A DNA stretch of 64,000 nucleotides. Source: the human T2T-CHM13v2.0 reference genome, Homo sapiens. Under the pieces are notes generated by a model. The model did not search any database. It was not told the DNA's origin and saw nothing but the letters and a program-made list of their open reading frames with translations. The position numbers and the translations under genes are program-made. Positions 42,733 to 60,092 of the stretch are shown piece after piece (within the stretch, counting starts at the first letter, position 1; every line of letters starts with the position of its first letter). The stretch is taken from assembly GCF_009914755.1 (NCBI RefSeq), contig NC_060932.1; one strand, 5' to 3'.

Positions 42733-43499
42733 AATTACCGATCTAGAGTAATCATTTACATTTAGGAAAATAGAAAATAAGCCAAACATATACATAACTT
42801 TTCATTCTTAAATGTGCACAGCTTTTAAAATTTATTTATTTATGTATTTATTTATTTTAGATAGAAGGTAAATGGGGAGAAAAAAGAAAACGCTAGCCTA
42901 GGAAGTTAATACACCTATATTTTTGCCCTAATTCACTGTATAAAGGAAAGCATGTTATTTCACCTCCTTTATCCTCCTTCTCATCTATAAATTATAAGAT
43001 TTACATTAATAGCACAATGATCACTTGTAGTTGTACATTTCCAGATTTAATAATTCTATGTATGAGCCTGTGAAAATCAGCATTGAATAAATTATGAGAA
43101 ATCCTGATAAGAAGTATCATAACCTCAAGATACAATTTTAAAGCACTTCTTTACGCAGAAGTATCAGAAAATGGTTAGGCATTTCTGCCTAACTCTATTG
43201 AAGTTTACAAAGTGTAATGATCCGAAACCTACAATCTTAAAACAATATTTCCAATGCACAAAGATTTCAGTGTTTCCTGGGGGGAAGTTTATTAATTCTG
43301 CTTTCCAACTTAAAGGTATAAGATTATTTAAAACAGCACCCCTGTTTTCTTCCTTTCCCCATTTTCTTTGTCATACACCTTCTTTATTACCCACTTCTCT
43401 CTCATGTAACAGAAAGTTTAAATTCCAAAAGTTATATGAGAATATCATTAGAAGTATATTTATTTAGGGTATGTTTAGCTACAGTACTCACAAATAATA

Positions 43500-43730
43500 A
43501 TAATGGTGATAATTACTATAAATAATAGCTAACATTCTTGAGTGCTTCCCTGTGTGCCATCTGCATTATTATCTTTAATGCAATATCCTAAGTCTTGCAG
43601 CCATCATATTAGTAGATACCATTATGCCTTCCATTTCATAGATGCAGAAACTGGTCTCATAGCTATTGCACAATGAAGCTGGGATCTAAAAACTAGGTAT
43701 TTCTGAAGATAGAGTCTGAACTCTGAGCTG
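43500..43730 (-). mobile_element. MIR
   Basis: AATAATAGCTAACATT...CCATTTCATAGATGCAGAAACTG. Confidence 0.75.
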
Positions 43731-45139
43731 AGTCTAATGGTTGCCTTGTCTCAAGCCCACGGCCATCATAAGCAAGGAATCAAGAGCACTTATCATAAGT
43801 GGAGAGGAAGTGGTATGTTACCCTGTCTGTTTGCAGGGAATGAGTAAATTCATTGATAAATTGATAAATTAATGAATAATGGCTGACCAAATCCCAACAC
43901 AGGTAATATCTTTCTCAGCTTGAAAAGATCTGTTATGAGAAGGGGCCACACTGAACACCCACTCCCAAGCTTCTTTCTATAACAGAACATACTAAGAGCA
44001 ATTGCTTTTTAAACTATGTTTAATTGCTCTTAATACTTTAAAAGTATTAAAAATAATACTTTTAATATTTTTGCTTTAATACTTTAAAAGTATCAAAAAT
44101 AACTTCAGACAGAATAAATTATTTTTAGATCCTTGGCAAAGAAAGGATAGAGTCATTTCATCTACTACACACAAAGCTGGGTGGTTTTTGTTTGCTTTTT
44201 TGGTGACTTACAGAAACCACTGCCTTGAAAAAGAATAGAGACCATCACCTTATCATACCACATTTCTTCCTCCTCCCAACTCCACTGGCTAGTTCTGCCC
44301 CAGCCTGTAAAACCAACAGACAGAATGCTTCTTAGATACATCTTTTGGTCTCTTCATGGCCTCAAGGTTGGATGTCTTAGGGTCTCTCTTTCCTAATGTC
44401 CCCTTGAGCCCTTGTGTAAAGATGGTTTCTCACATCTGAGCAGATATTCTAGTCGCTTACCTTTCTCATCAGTACTCCATCAAATCCTTCCATACTACCT
44501 TTTGAATATCAGGAGGATAAGGTTTTTAAATGAATCAGAAAAGCCTGATGACTTAAAGTCTTTTTGAAATATTTTATATCACCAAGTTGCCTGACGACTT
44601 ACCAGGTTAATTCATGTGTATTTCTGAATCTTTCCATTTCCCCCTAACAGGGAGATAGATATTCCCATGAACACAATTGTATGCCTAGATTGAGATTGGA
44701 TTACTTTTCAGGCACTTATCCACAGCCTGCAGATGTAAGTAAAAAATATAGACACAGAAAATCATATTGTGTCAGTGGGGTACTTATAGCCTTGGCAGCC
44801 TTGATCTTTTAGCACACCTCTAAAAGACTGTTTTTCTCATTTAGGAAGGTTGAAAAAATAGATGCCTTTGAAGCTAGAGACAGATGTAAAACTCCTCTAC
44901 ATCTAACAAAGTTGGCTCAGACCTAAAAGCAATCAAAATAAAATAGAATGAAAGGCTTTAAATTCCTCACCATTTTAGCTCTTTGTTGATAAATCTCTTG
45001 GAATGGATTATTTTCCAAGCATAGATATTTCTTCCTATTTTGCTAGAGTGCTTTTTGTCTGTGATTTCAGAAAAGAAGAAAGAAACCCAAAATTAGAAGG
45101 AAAAGAATAATTTTCCATTGTATCCAAGATTTAGGCATT

Positions 45140-50191
<5,052 letters not shown>

Positions 50192-50299
50192 AAGCTCATG
50201 AAAACAGCTAAAATTCAAACAGACGAGAATGTAGACCTACTCATACATTGCTAATGGTAATATACATTGTTAAAAATTATTGTATGGTTTTTATTTCTC

Positions 50300-50720
50300 C
50301 TTCACAACTAATAAGCAGTTGGGAGAAACACTTTATAAGAATGTAAACATGCTGCTTCTTATAAAAATTTCTGCCTCGATTAAACATTTAACTGATAAGT
50401 TTTGCCTGAAACACTCTTCATTATAATGATTGTAAAATGATTTTCCATACCCCACATTCTCTCTACATTTACCAGTTAGCAAGAACTGTGAGCAGTAACT
50501 CCTTTCACCCCCATCTTCCACCTATCTACCTATTTATTATTAAGATAAATTAGTAGATTACTGATTTTTTGATGGTTGACCATTTACTACTGTTGATTAT
50601 TTTGCACTCAAATTGTCCCAGATTTTGCCAGTAGGAATCCCTTTAAGTTAGCACCTGTGTCCTTGGGATATGCCTCAACATTATTAATTTTTTCAATTTC
50701 TTCACCTTTTGACTCTCTTT
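50300..50720 (-). mobile_element. Old L1MC-like 3' fragment
   Basis: TTATTTTGCACTCAAATTGTCCCAGATTTTGCCAGTAGGAATCCCTTTAAG...CCTGTGTCCTT motif. Confidence 0.55.
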
Positions 50721-50913
50721 AAAATGTTTAGCAGCAAATCCAGCAGGAACGCATTTCTTCTTTTTATGAACTCTTTAATATCTAAATCTCCCCAAGCTCT
50801 CTTTCATACCTGTCGTAGCCCTCCTACTATACCAACACATTCCCACAAAGGAGAAAATTATTATTGCAGCTTTATCACCAGTACCTATGGCATAATATGC
50901 ACCAGGTGCCCAA

Positions 50914-50915
<2 letters not shown>

Positions 50916-50948
<33 letters not shown>
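50916..50948 (+). repeat. (CA)n microsatellite
   Basis: Directly visible. Confidence 0.95.
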
Positions 50949-50951
<3 letters not shown>

Positions 50952-51705
50952 CACACATTTCCTTCTCTCCCTGCATCATTATCAGTCCCATAAAGGTAGC
51001 CATTAACTGTCACATTTCTATTTCATTGGTTCCCAGGACAGTGCTTTTTCATACAGCAGGTACTCAATAAGCATTTGTTGAATAAACTGAGAACATCGAG
51101 AGAGAGAGAGAGAATCTTCAAGGATAAATTCAAAAATGTTGGCAATGTTGGGCAATGAGGTGTAGAGTATGATGTGAAAAGACCAAAGCTCAACATGTTG
51201 TTTTTCCAATCAGCTGTCCATTTTCTATGTGGTAGTGACACTGATTTCTGTGACCAATGCCCAAGTTTCTTGAGTGACTCAGGCTTGTGGCCTGAATATG
51301 CTGCCAAGAGCTAATTGCCTTTCATGCTGCTCTAACAGTAATGACAACCACCATTTATTGAGTGCATGGCATGCTCCAGGCAGTGAGATGGGTGGTGACC
51401 TTCCTTCAGTCAGTTCCCTGGACAATCATAGGAGCCAAGGAGTACACCATTTATGACTTCAAATTATTAACATTAAAATCAAATTTTACCAGAAAGTAAT
51501 TTTCTTATATGGAGTCAGTTGTCTTCCCTAGTTATAAAGTTAAAGTCAATGTGGTAATTTGCTGGATGTTGTGTACTAATATTCAGTGTCTTCACCACCC
51601 TTCTATGGTTGCCCTTACACCATGGGATCTGAAAGCATTGAAAATGCGTAACTCAGTCTTCCCTTCCAACAGGGAGCTAGATTCAGACAATGACAGAGAA
51701 TCTCT

Positions 51706-52062
51706 GGCATGAGTCCATTTTCATGCTGTCGATAAATACATACCCGAGACTGGGAAATTTACAAAATAAAAAGATTTAGTGGACGTATAGTTCCACATGG
51801 CTGGGGAGGTCTCACAATCGTGGCAGAAGGTGAAAGGCACATCTCACATGGTGGCAGACAAGTGAAGAGTGAGAGCAAAGTGAAAGGGGTTTCCCCTTAT
51901 AAAACCAACAGATCTCATGAGGCTTGTTCACTACCATGACTACAGTAGGAGGGAAACCACCACCATGATCCAATTATCTCCCACTGAGTCCCACAACAAT
52001 GGGAATTATGGGAGATACAATTCAAGATGAGATTTGGGTGGGGACACAGCCAAACTATATCA
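51706..52062 (-). mobile_element. THE1 (B/C-like) MaLR solo LTR
   Basis: Reverse THE1 ending GAGATTTGGGTGGGGACACAGCCAAACTATATCA. Confidence 0.92.
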
Positions 52063-52825
52063 GTGGCACAGAAGAAAACTTCATCCCTATCACCCAGCAC
52101 TACTATCACACAAGCACATACACAAGCACACACACCAGCACACACAAACATGCACACAAAACAGAAACAAATGCATACGCATCATCCCATTACTTAAGGG
52201 CAAGGCTTTCATTGGCTTGACTTCTCCTAACAGGGCCAGGCAGCAAAGTAGGGTCCTAATTATTACTGAATCAATTGATCTACTTTACTTATCAGAGCAA
52301 ATTTACTAAATCAAACCATTATGCCAGCTGGGACAAAGTGACCTCTAGAAAGTCATTTTTTTTTATTCAGGACATGTTTTAAGCATACCCAGTCTCACTA
52401 TTTGATTCTAAATGTTAGTGTAAATTTTATATTTTTAAGGGGGAAAAATCATCACCAAGGTAATTTTTAACACAAATGCTATTACCTGCCTTACTTTTTT
52501 CTTCCACAATTAGATAATCACCCAAATCCCAAAAACCTTAAAAGTTGGGTAGATAAAGATGGAGAAGAAAGACTTTTCAGGTTGAGAAACTATCCTAAAT
52601 AAAAACATGGAAAACAAGGAAAAGAATATAGAAAGGGTTTTTTAGAGGCAGAGAGAAGACAGTGAAACATTTAAATACATTCAATTCAATTCAGATAGGA
52701 GTTCTGTTCTTTTAACTTATAGCTCCATTGAATATCCCAGCATTGTGAGAAATAGAAAAGAGATAATACATTCTTCTTGAACTCTGTAAATCTGAAATCT
52801 CACTTGTGCAATAACAGCTGCAGTT

Positions 52826-52938
52826 AGGATGACAAACTCTCAAATTTTGCCTGGGACAGAGGGATTTCCCAAGACATGGGATTTTTAGTATTAAAACCAA
52901 GAAAGTTCTGGGCAAACTGAGACAGCTTGGTTCTTCTA
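52826..52938. mobile_element. MER81-like hAT-Blackjack element
   Basis: TAGGATGACAAAC...TTGCCTGGGACAGAGGGATTTCCC...GGGCAAACTGAGAC; ~115 bp. Confidence 0.75.
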
Positions 52939-53086
52939 CCTACAGGCATGAAAGAAAGATTTTAGAATGTGTTCTCAGTTTTACTTTAATAAAAACTCTA
53001 GAAGTAAATTATATTCATATAATCCTTTTCAGTTTATCAGAGTGTTTCTATACACATTAACTTAATTATCACAATAGCTCTTGGGT

Positions 53087-53242
53087 TAGTAATCCTCAAC
53101 CTCAACTGTGCATTAAAATCACTTGGGGAGCTTTAAAAAATCTAGATGCTTGAGAATTACTTCATACAAATTAAATCAGGCGTCATATTTTGTGAAACTC
53201 CCTGATGAGTCCAATGTGCAACTGAGATTGAAAACCGCTGAC
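53087..53242. mobile_element. MER5-like element inserted in a MIR
   Basis: CATTAAAATCACTTGGGGAGCTTTAAAA...GATTGAAAACCGCTG. Confidence 0.65.
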
Positions 53243-53590
53243 TGGTTTAATTCTAAAGAGCTCGATTTTACAGAAGAACATAGAGTTTTAGAGTGATTGA
53301 GGTCACACAGTTATTTTGTAACAGAGTTGGAACATAATCCCTAATCTTCTACAGTAATAAAGAAGTTCTATTAACAACTAAAATTACTGTAATTCAGATA
53401 AATAATTAAGAATCAGAATCCCTTCCATGCCAAACTACAATTTGTCCCAGAGGTAGATTAAGAAGCCAAAGAAAGAAAATGAAAATAATTGGAGGAATAT
53501 TATGGTTGAACCTCATTGTTCCAGCAGTAGAATTTCTCCTTTGGAAGAGAATTTACTGGGCATATATAAATTGTATGCTTGAAGTGAAAA

Positions 53591-54081
53591 TGTTACCCAC
53601 ACAATGGGTGAGCTTTATTGCTTGTGGGTGACAGTCCAATGACCACAACCAAGGAGGACTTAACAAGGGGATTTTATTACTTTCAAAAGTAAGGACATCA
53701 CGATAGTCCCCTCAAAGCAGTGCCCTCCTGAATAATGGTGAAAACAGGGCTTTTATTGGGCTGGTTGGCTGCATCATTGCATGAAGAGGTGCAGTAAAGT
53801 CGGTATAGGCACAGTCGCAGATCATGCTTCTACATATATTGCATATACAAAGAATGAAGAATAAGCTCCTCCCTGGGCAGGGTTTTTAGTATGGTAATGA
53901 GGGGAGTTCCCCAAAATTAATTTCCTACTCAGGTATTTTTGGATCCAAATGAGATGTTTTTGTATTTCCAGGGCTGAGCTTCTTCCTGGAACTTTTTGAA
54001 ACAACTGGAACTCAAGGTGCAACAGTTACAAATAGGTACTTTTTCACAGTGTATACCCCAAACTGGGGACTATGGGTTACA
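53591..54081 (-). mobile_element. ERV1-class solo LTR (subfamily uncertain)
   Basis: TG...CA termini with inverted TGTTACCC/GGGTTACA, 4-bp AAAA flanks, and a minus-strand AATAAA. Confidence 0.7.
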
Positions 54082-55128
54082 AAAAGATGAGTTTCCCACC
54101 TCTTGCCCTGCTACCAAAGAGCATACTTAAGAAAAAACAAGGAGTCACAGTTTGGCTAATGACTACATTTATGTTTTACTGAGTGAAGTTCATAAGTTGA
54201 ATTCAAAGCTGACTCACCTACAACAAAACTGGAATTTCTAGAAAGAGAGGCATCAAGTAAAAGCAAGATAAGAGCTATGAGAAAGAATGAAGATGAGTAA
54301 CAGTCATGGGAAAGGAACCTTGTGAAGGAAAATCGGATATATTTATTGTAAAATCTGATTCTGCTTGCTCATTCCCCCAGAACACTTCAGTAAAATCTTC
54401 TTTCCTTTTTATTGAGTGTGGCATTAAACCAGGTTTGGAAGATGCAATTGTGTAGATGGGAGAATTGTCCCACCTGAGCTATATTAGGAATATTCGAACA
54501 TTTCTATATTCACATAGTATATATTCATTAACCAACTACTATGTACTAGGTACCAGGATAGCCTCCAGAATAAAAAGATGAAAAAAGTGCCTCTTGCCCA
54601 GGGGAAGGTTACTTGCAATTCAGAGTTTGATAAGTCAGTCTTTACTTCTTAGTATTCCAATAGAACAAAGGTAGTGCTTCATAATTCCTTGTGAAATTAG
54701 AGACTTTTAGGGACTGTGCCACAGTTTCTGATAAATTAAAACTCATACCTCAAACAAAACATTCTAGGTGATACTATGCTTACACAGTGCTGCACTACTT
54801 TTATGTGCTTACAGTGGAACATTGGAGAAAACTGAGACCTCAGAAAAACTATCCGCTGAGATGAATATTGACCCATTGAACCTGAAGCTTACATTAAAGA
54901 TGGGAAACATGTGAGTTACACTCAGCAGGTGGGCAATATTCATGTCCTACATGGTAGGATAGCCAAGAAAAGCTTTGCTGTCTGTGTACTGTGCAAATGC
55001 TTAAATGCAGCCAGTCCTCTGCAAGTCTCTGTTTGTTCTCAATAGTTCCTATACCCTGGCTTGATATGCTATGGCAAAAATCATCTAAGCATCTTTCTTC
55101 AAAACATGGAGCAGCACAGAAGAGGCAC

Positions 55129-55598
55129 TGTTATGGTTAATGCTGTGTGTCAACTTGATTGGATTGAAGGATGCAAAGTATTGTTCCTGGGTGTGTCTGT
55201 GAGGGTATTGCCAAAGGAGATTAACATCTGAGTCAGTGGACTGGGAAAGGCAGACCCACCCTCAATGAAGGTGGGCACCATCGAATCAGCTGCCAGCATG
55301 GCCAGAATAAAAGCAGGCAGAAGAACATAGAGAAATTAGGCTGGCCTAGCCTCCAAGCCTACATCTATCTCCTGTGCTGGGTGCTTCCTGTCCTCAAACA
55401 TTGGACTCCAACTTCTTCAGCTTTGGGACTCAGACTAGCTTTCTTGCTTGTCAGCTTGCAGATGGCCTATTGTGGGACCTTACGTTGTGATTGTGTGAGT
55501 TAATATTCCTGAATAAACTCCCCTTTATATACATACATATGTATATGTATGTATATATCCTATTAATTCTGTACATCTAGAGAACCCTGACTAATATA
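55129..55598 (+). mobile_element. MLT2A1-like ERV-L solo LTR
   Basis: TGTTATGGTTAA...CAACTTGATTGGATTGAAGGATGC...GAGAACCCTGACTAATA; TSD GGCAC/GACAC; short form lacking the central block. Confidence 0.88.
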
Positions 55599-56093
55599 GA
55601 CACTTAAGGAGCATACTTTCCTGTGTTAGAAACACATTTTAACTCTACAGATCATATCCAGGAGTTTGAATTAAAGGTTATATGGAAAAAACTAAGAGGG
55701 AGAATAATTCTTTTCTAATACTTGCAAACATCATTACCACAAAGGAAAATCTTTAAAAAGAAAAAATCATTAAGAGCATTTAAAATAGGGCAACAATAAC
55801 TGTCAAAACTGTGAAATTAAGAGCAAGTTTAAGAGTTATGGTCCTCAGGAGTCGCCCAAGAGACACAAACCTACTATTTTTGAAGATGAATTTACAAGCC
55901 TTTAGTACTTAGAAATGGAACCTGGAACTGCATGCATGAACTTCAAATTTGCCCAGGAGTCACCAAAGGGATCATTCACTTATACACCCCTTTAATTCAG
56001 AATTCAGCCAAGATCCTGAACCACGATGATCACGTATGTTTTATAGTCCAACCACAAAGCAAGAAATCCTGGAATTTATCAATTTTAACAAGA

Positions 56094-56492
56094 TGTATTA
56101 GTTCATTTTCACACTGTTGATAAAGACATACCCAAAACTGGGAACAGAAAGAGATTTAATAGGACTTATAGTTCCACATGGCTGCGGAGGCCTCAGAATC
56201 ATGGCGAGAAGCAAAAGGCACTTCTTACATGGCAGCAGCAAGAGAAAGATGAGAGAGAAGAAAAAGTGGAAACCCCTGATAAACCCATCAGATCTCATGA
56301 GACTTATTCACTATCACGAGAATAGCATGGGTAAGATCTCATGAGACTTATTCACTATCACGAGAATAGCATGGGTAAGACCAGCCCCCATGATTCAATT
56401 ACCTCCCCCTGGGTCATTCCCACAACATGTAGGAATTCTGGGAGATACAATTCAAGTTGAGATTTGGGTGGGGACACAGCCAAATCATATCA
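56094..56492 (-). mobile_element. THE1C-like MaLR solo LTR with an internal 44-bp duplication
   Basis: TGTATTAG...CATATCA termini; perfect 5-bp TSD CAAGA (56089-56093, 56493-56497). Confidence 0.92.
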
Positions 56493-57600
56493 CAAGAATA
56501 TATTCATGATTAAAAATAAGTCATCACAAAAAACTAGATACCAGAGAGGAGAATTTGGTAGTCAAACTTTCTTTGTGCTTTGTTTAGAATAAATTGTTAA
56601 AGAAAGTGAGGGGAAGAGAAAGAGAGCCCATAAAGGATAAGAAACATTAGGGGATTACTTGAAAAGTACTGGAAGAAAACTTATTAAGTCAGAAAATTCT
56701 TCTACATATTAAGAAAAGTAGAGCATCCTCAGCAACATACAAAAAAAAAAAAGAGTGGGGTGGTTAAGACAATGCATCTTATGGGAATGAGCTTGAGCTT
56801 CAAGTTACTTTTCTTGCTGGGAGTGTTGTGAGACAGTTTTATAATCACTGGGTCTCAGTTTCCCTATTGTAAGTGTAGAATAAAATATATAATCAGTCTC
56901 ACATTCTTTAACTCAGCTCTGGATGAATTTATAAATGAAACTAGAAGCCCTAAGCCACTGAAACAACTGTCACATCCAGTACCTAATAGTTAGCTTAGGT
57001 ACTGGAGGGGACAAAACCCTGAGCTGGTTGTTAAAATTTGTCAGTAGTTAAGGAATGGGTGAGAAAATATTTACATACAAAACAAATAAATTCTATCTAT
57101 AGTTATTCTATACAATGTCATCAGAGAGGTGAACAAATCTAAAACTTAGAGAGATTTGGTTTAATAATTACAAGGACTTGTAACCTTGGAGAGTTTTTTA
57201 AAAAAATTATAGGAAACCACATTTATTAAATTATTTGTTGTAGAAAATCATGTTTGTCCACTTCAAGATGAAAGTACTATCATAGCAAGTTGACTTCACA
57301 CTCAAGCCACTAACCATAACCTTATTTCAATTAGTGTGCATACATTCCTAAAATTAGGAAGAGAATTAAAGACATAACTTTTTGCAAAAATTTTGTTTAC
57401 AAGTAAAATTAAGTGACTGTAAAAGACAAGCTTTAAAACACAACACAAAGTCTCGGTTTGCCACTATAAACAGGACTCTCCTTATAGGCCATTAAAAGGA
57501 TTAAATGAGAAAAATGTGTAAAGTGCTCTGTGTCAGTGTGATACACACCAGGGACTTAGTGTTCTATTACTATGTTAGCTCAGCAACTAGGGTGTGTTCC

Positions 57601-57964
57601 TAGTATGGACTGAATTGCCCCGCCCCCTGCTCAAATTCATATGTTGAAGCCTTAACACCCATGTGACTGTATTTGGAGACAGGTCTTTCAGAGATAACTA
57701 AGGTTAAACGAAATCTTAAAGGTGAGGCCCTGATCCTATAGGACTGTGGCAAGAGAGAGATCTCTCTCTTTCTATCTTCCAGATGAGGACACAGCAAGAA
57801 GGCCCCTTTCTATAAGCCAGGAGAAGAGCCCTCACTAGAAACCGAATCAGTAGGCACTTTGACCTTGGACTTCCCAGCCCCTAACATTGTGAAAAATAAA
57901 TTTCTGTTGTGTAAGCCACCGAGTCTATGGTATTTTTTAATGGGAGCCCAAGCAGACTGATACA
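57601..57964 (+). mobile_element. MLT1A/A0-like MaLR LTR
   Basis: ATGGACTGAATTG...CAAATTCATATGTTGAAG...TTGGACTTCCCAGCC...AATAAATTTCTGTTG...CAGACTGATACA. Confidence 0.88.
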
Positions 57965-58303
57965 GTTTCCATACTACGATACTCCATATCACCAAATTCT
58001 CTTTCCTTACACCTATCACCCTTTACTATCATGTGTTTAATCAAACGGTGGAATGAAATAATCTCTTCACAGTAGGAGAGATGCATGGTTTATAATTAGT
58101 CCAATGCTTCAGGTCTGTACAACTCCAAGTCTCTCTATCTGAAATGGGCTGGTTTCAAACTGCCTTTCTTTCTTAAGAATCAGTTTCTCAGGTGCTGCTT
58201 TCATATTTGAATTCAAGAGCATCCTTCCATATGTGTCTATAGCCCAAGTCTATGCATTGCGCCTCTTCAGGTTGTAGTGAAAAAAAAGTTATTGCTCACT
58301 TGG

Positions 58304-58894
58304 GGTATTAATCAGGGTTCTCCAGGGAGACAGAACTAATAGGATATATGTATATATGAAAGGGGAGAATTGGCTCACACAATCACAGGGTGAAGTCCCA
58401 CAATAGGCCATCTGCAAGCTAGGAACGAAAGAAGCCAGGAGTGGCTCAGTCTGAGTCCAAAAGCCTCAAAAGCAGGGAATAGGGAAGCTGACGGTGTAGC
58501 CTTCAGTCTGTGGCCTTAGGCCCAAGGGCCCCAGGCAAACAAACCACGGGTGTAAGTTCAAGAGTCCAAAGGCCGAAGAACCTGGAGTCTGATGTCCAAG
58601 GGCAGGAGGGTGGGAGGAACAGAAGGAAACATCCAGCATGGGAATAAGATGAAAGCCAGAAGACTCAGCAAGCCAGCTCATTCCACCTTCTTTCACCTGC
58701 TTTGTTCTAGTCACACTGGCAGCTGATTGGATGCTGCCCACCCACATTGAGGTTGGGTCTTCCTCTCTCAGTCCACTAACTCAAATGTCAATCTCCTCTG
58801 GCAACACCCTCACAGACACACCCAGAAACAACATTTTACCAGCTATCTAGGCATCCTTCAATCCAATCTAGTTGACACCTAATATTAACCATGA
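58304..58894 (-). mobile_element. MLT2B-like ERV-L solo LTR
   Basis: GTATTAATCAGGGTTCTCCAG...GTTGACACCTAATATTAACCAT, reverse MLT2. Confidence 0.88.
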
Positions 58895-58994
58895 GATTTG
58901 GTAACCTATCAAGAGTTTCATTTGGGCTATCTAAGCAGTTACCACCATCCCTACAAGAAGTGGATCTATCCTGCCTTAAATAATACATCTATTC

Positions 58995-59204
58995 CACAAC
59001 AGGCCCCGGTGTGTGATGTTCCCCTTCCTGTGTCCAAGTGTTCTCTAGGAGATATACCTAATGTAAATGATGAGTTAATGGGTGCAGCACACCAACATGG
59101 CACATGTATACATATGTAACAAACCTGCACATTGTGCACATGTACCCTAGAACTTAAAGTATAATAAAATATATATATGTATGTATATGTATATATATAT
59201 ATAA
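58995..59204 (+). mobile_element. Very short L1PA4/5-like insertion with a 5' inversion (twin priming)
   Basis: Antisense 3'UTR piece 58995-59045 joined to sense 3'UTR from 59046; (TA)-rich tail; 13-bp TSD AATACATCTATTC (58982-58994, 59205-59217). Confidence 0.9.
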
Positions 59205-59518
59205 AATACATCTATTCATTCAGAGCTTGTCCCTCAGATGCCTCATGATTAAGATGAGAAAGTTCTTGGGAAGAATCTCTAGCTTCTTTTTGCCACTTTG
59301 TAGAAACCTATGCTATTTAATTCTGCTCATGTGCTGAAGTTATTTGTTCATCCACTCATTTAGTTATTCTCATTGTTTATTGAATATGTTTTAGGTATAA
59401 AATCCATGACAGAGGAAATATTTTTTAATTTAGTCTTGGGAACAAACAAAAAAGTTAAAAGGCAAATATATAATTTAGAATTGTAATAAATATTATAAAG
59501 AATAAAGGGCATACTATG

Positions 59519-60037
59519 TGTGATGGTTAATATTGAGTGTCAACCTCATTGGACGGAAGGGTGCAGTGTTGTTCCTGGGTGTGTCTGTGAGGGTGTTGCC
59601 AAGGAGATTAACATATGAGTCAGTGGACTGGGAGAGGCAGACCCACCCTCAGTCTGGGCACCATCTAATTAGCTGCTACCATGAAAGCAGGAACGGAAAG
59701 GACAGATTTGCTGAGTCTTCCAGCCTTCATCTTTCTCTCGTGTTGGATGCTTCCTGCTCTCGAACATCAGACTCCAAGTTCTTCAGCTTTTGGACTCTTG
59801 GACTTACACCGGTGATTTGCCAGGGGCTTTCAGGCCTTCAGCCACAGACTGAAGGGTACACTATCAGCTTCCCTACTTTTGAGGTTTTAGGACTCAGACT
59901 GGCTTCCTGGATCCTCAGTTTGCCGATGGCCTATTATGGGATCACCCTATGATCCTGTGGGTCAATTTTCCTAATAAACTCCCCTTCATATATTCATCTA
60001 TCCTATTGTGTCCCTTTAGAGAACCCTGATTAATGCG
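59519..60037 (+). mobile_element. MLT2A2-like ERV-L solo LTR
   Basis: TGTGATGGTTAATATTGAGTGTCAAC...GAGAACCCTGATTAATGCG; perfect 5-bp TSD CTATG (59514-59518, 60038-60042). Confidence 0.9.
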
Positions 60038-60092
60038 CTATGAGAAATGATGGAAGTTTCTTAGTGGGTCAATCGGAATGACCTCAGAAGAA

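Noticed and set aside
57751-57770. 20-bp palindrome AAGAGAGAGATCTCTCTCTT
   Set aside because: Low-complexity GA/TC junction in a variable segment of MLT1 LTRs.
59533-59952. 139-aa ORF
   Set aside because: Lies entirely within the MLT2A2 LTR, starts at a non-ATG codon, and has no recognisable domain.
55129-60037. Full ERV-L provirus bounded by two plus-strand MLT2 LTRs
   Set aside because: The LTRs are different subfamilies with separate TSDs, and no gag/pol sequence lies between them.
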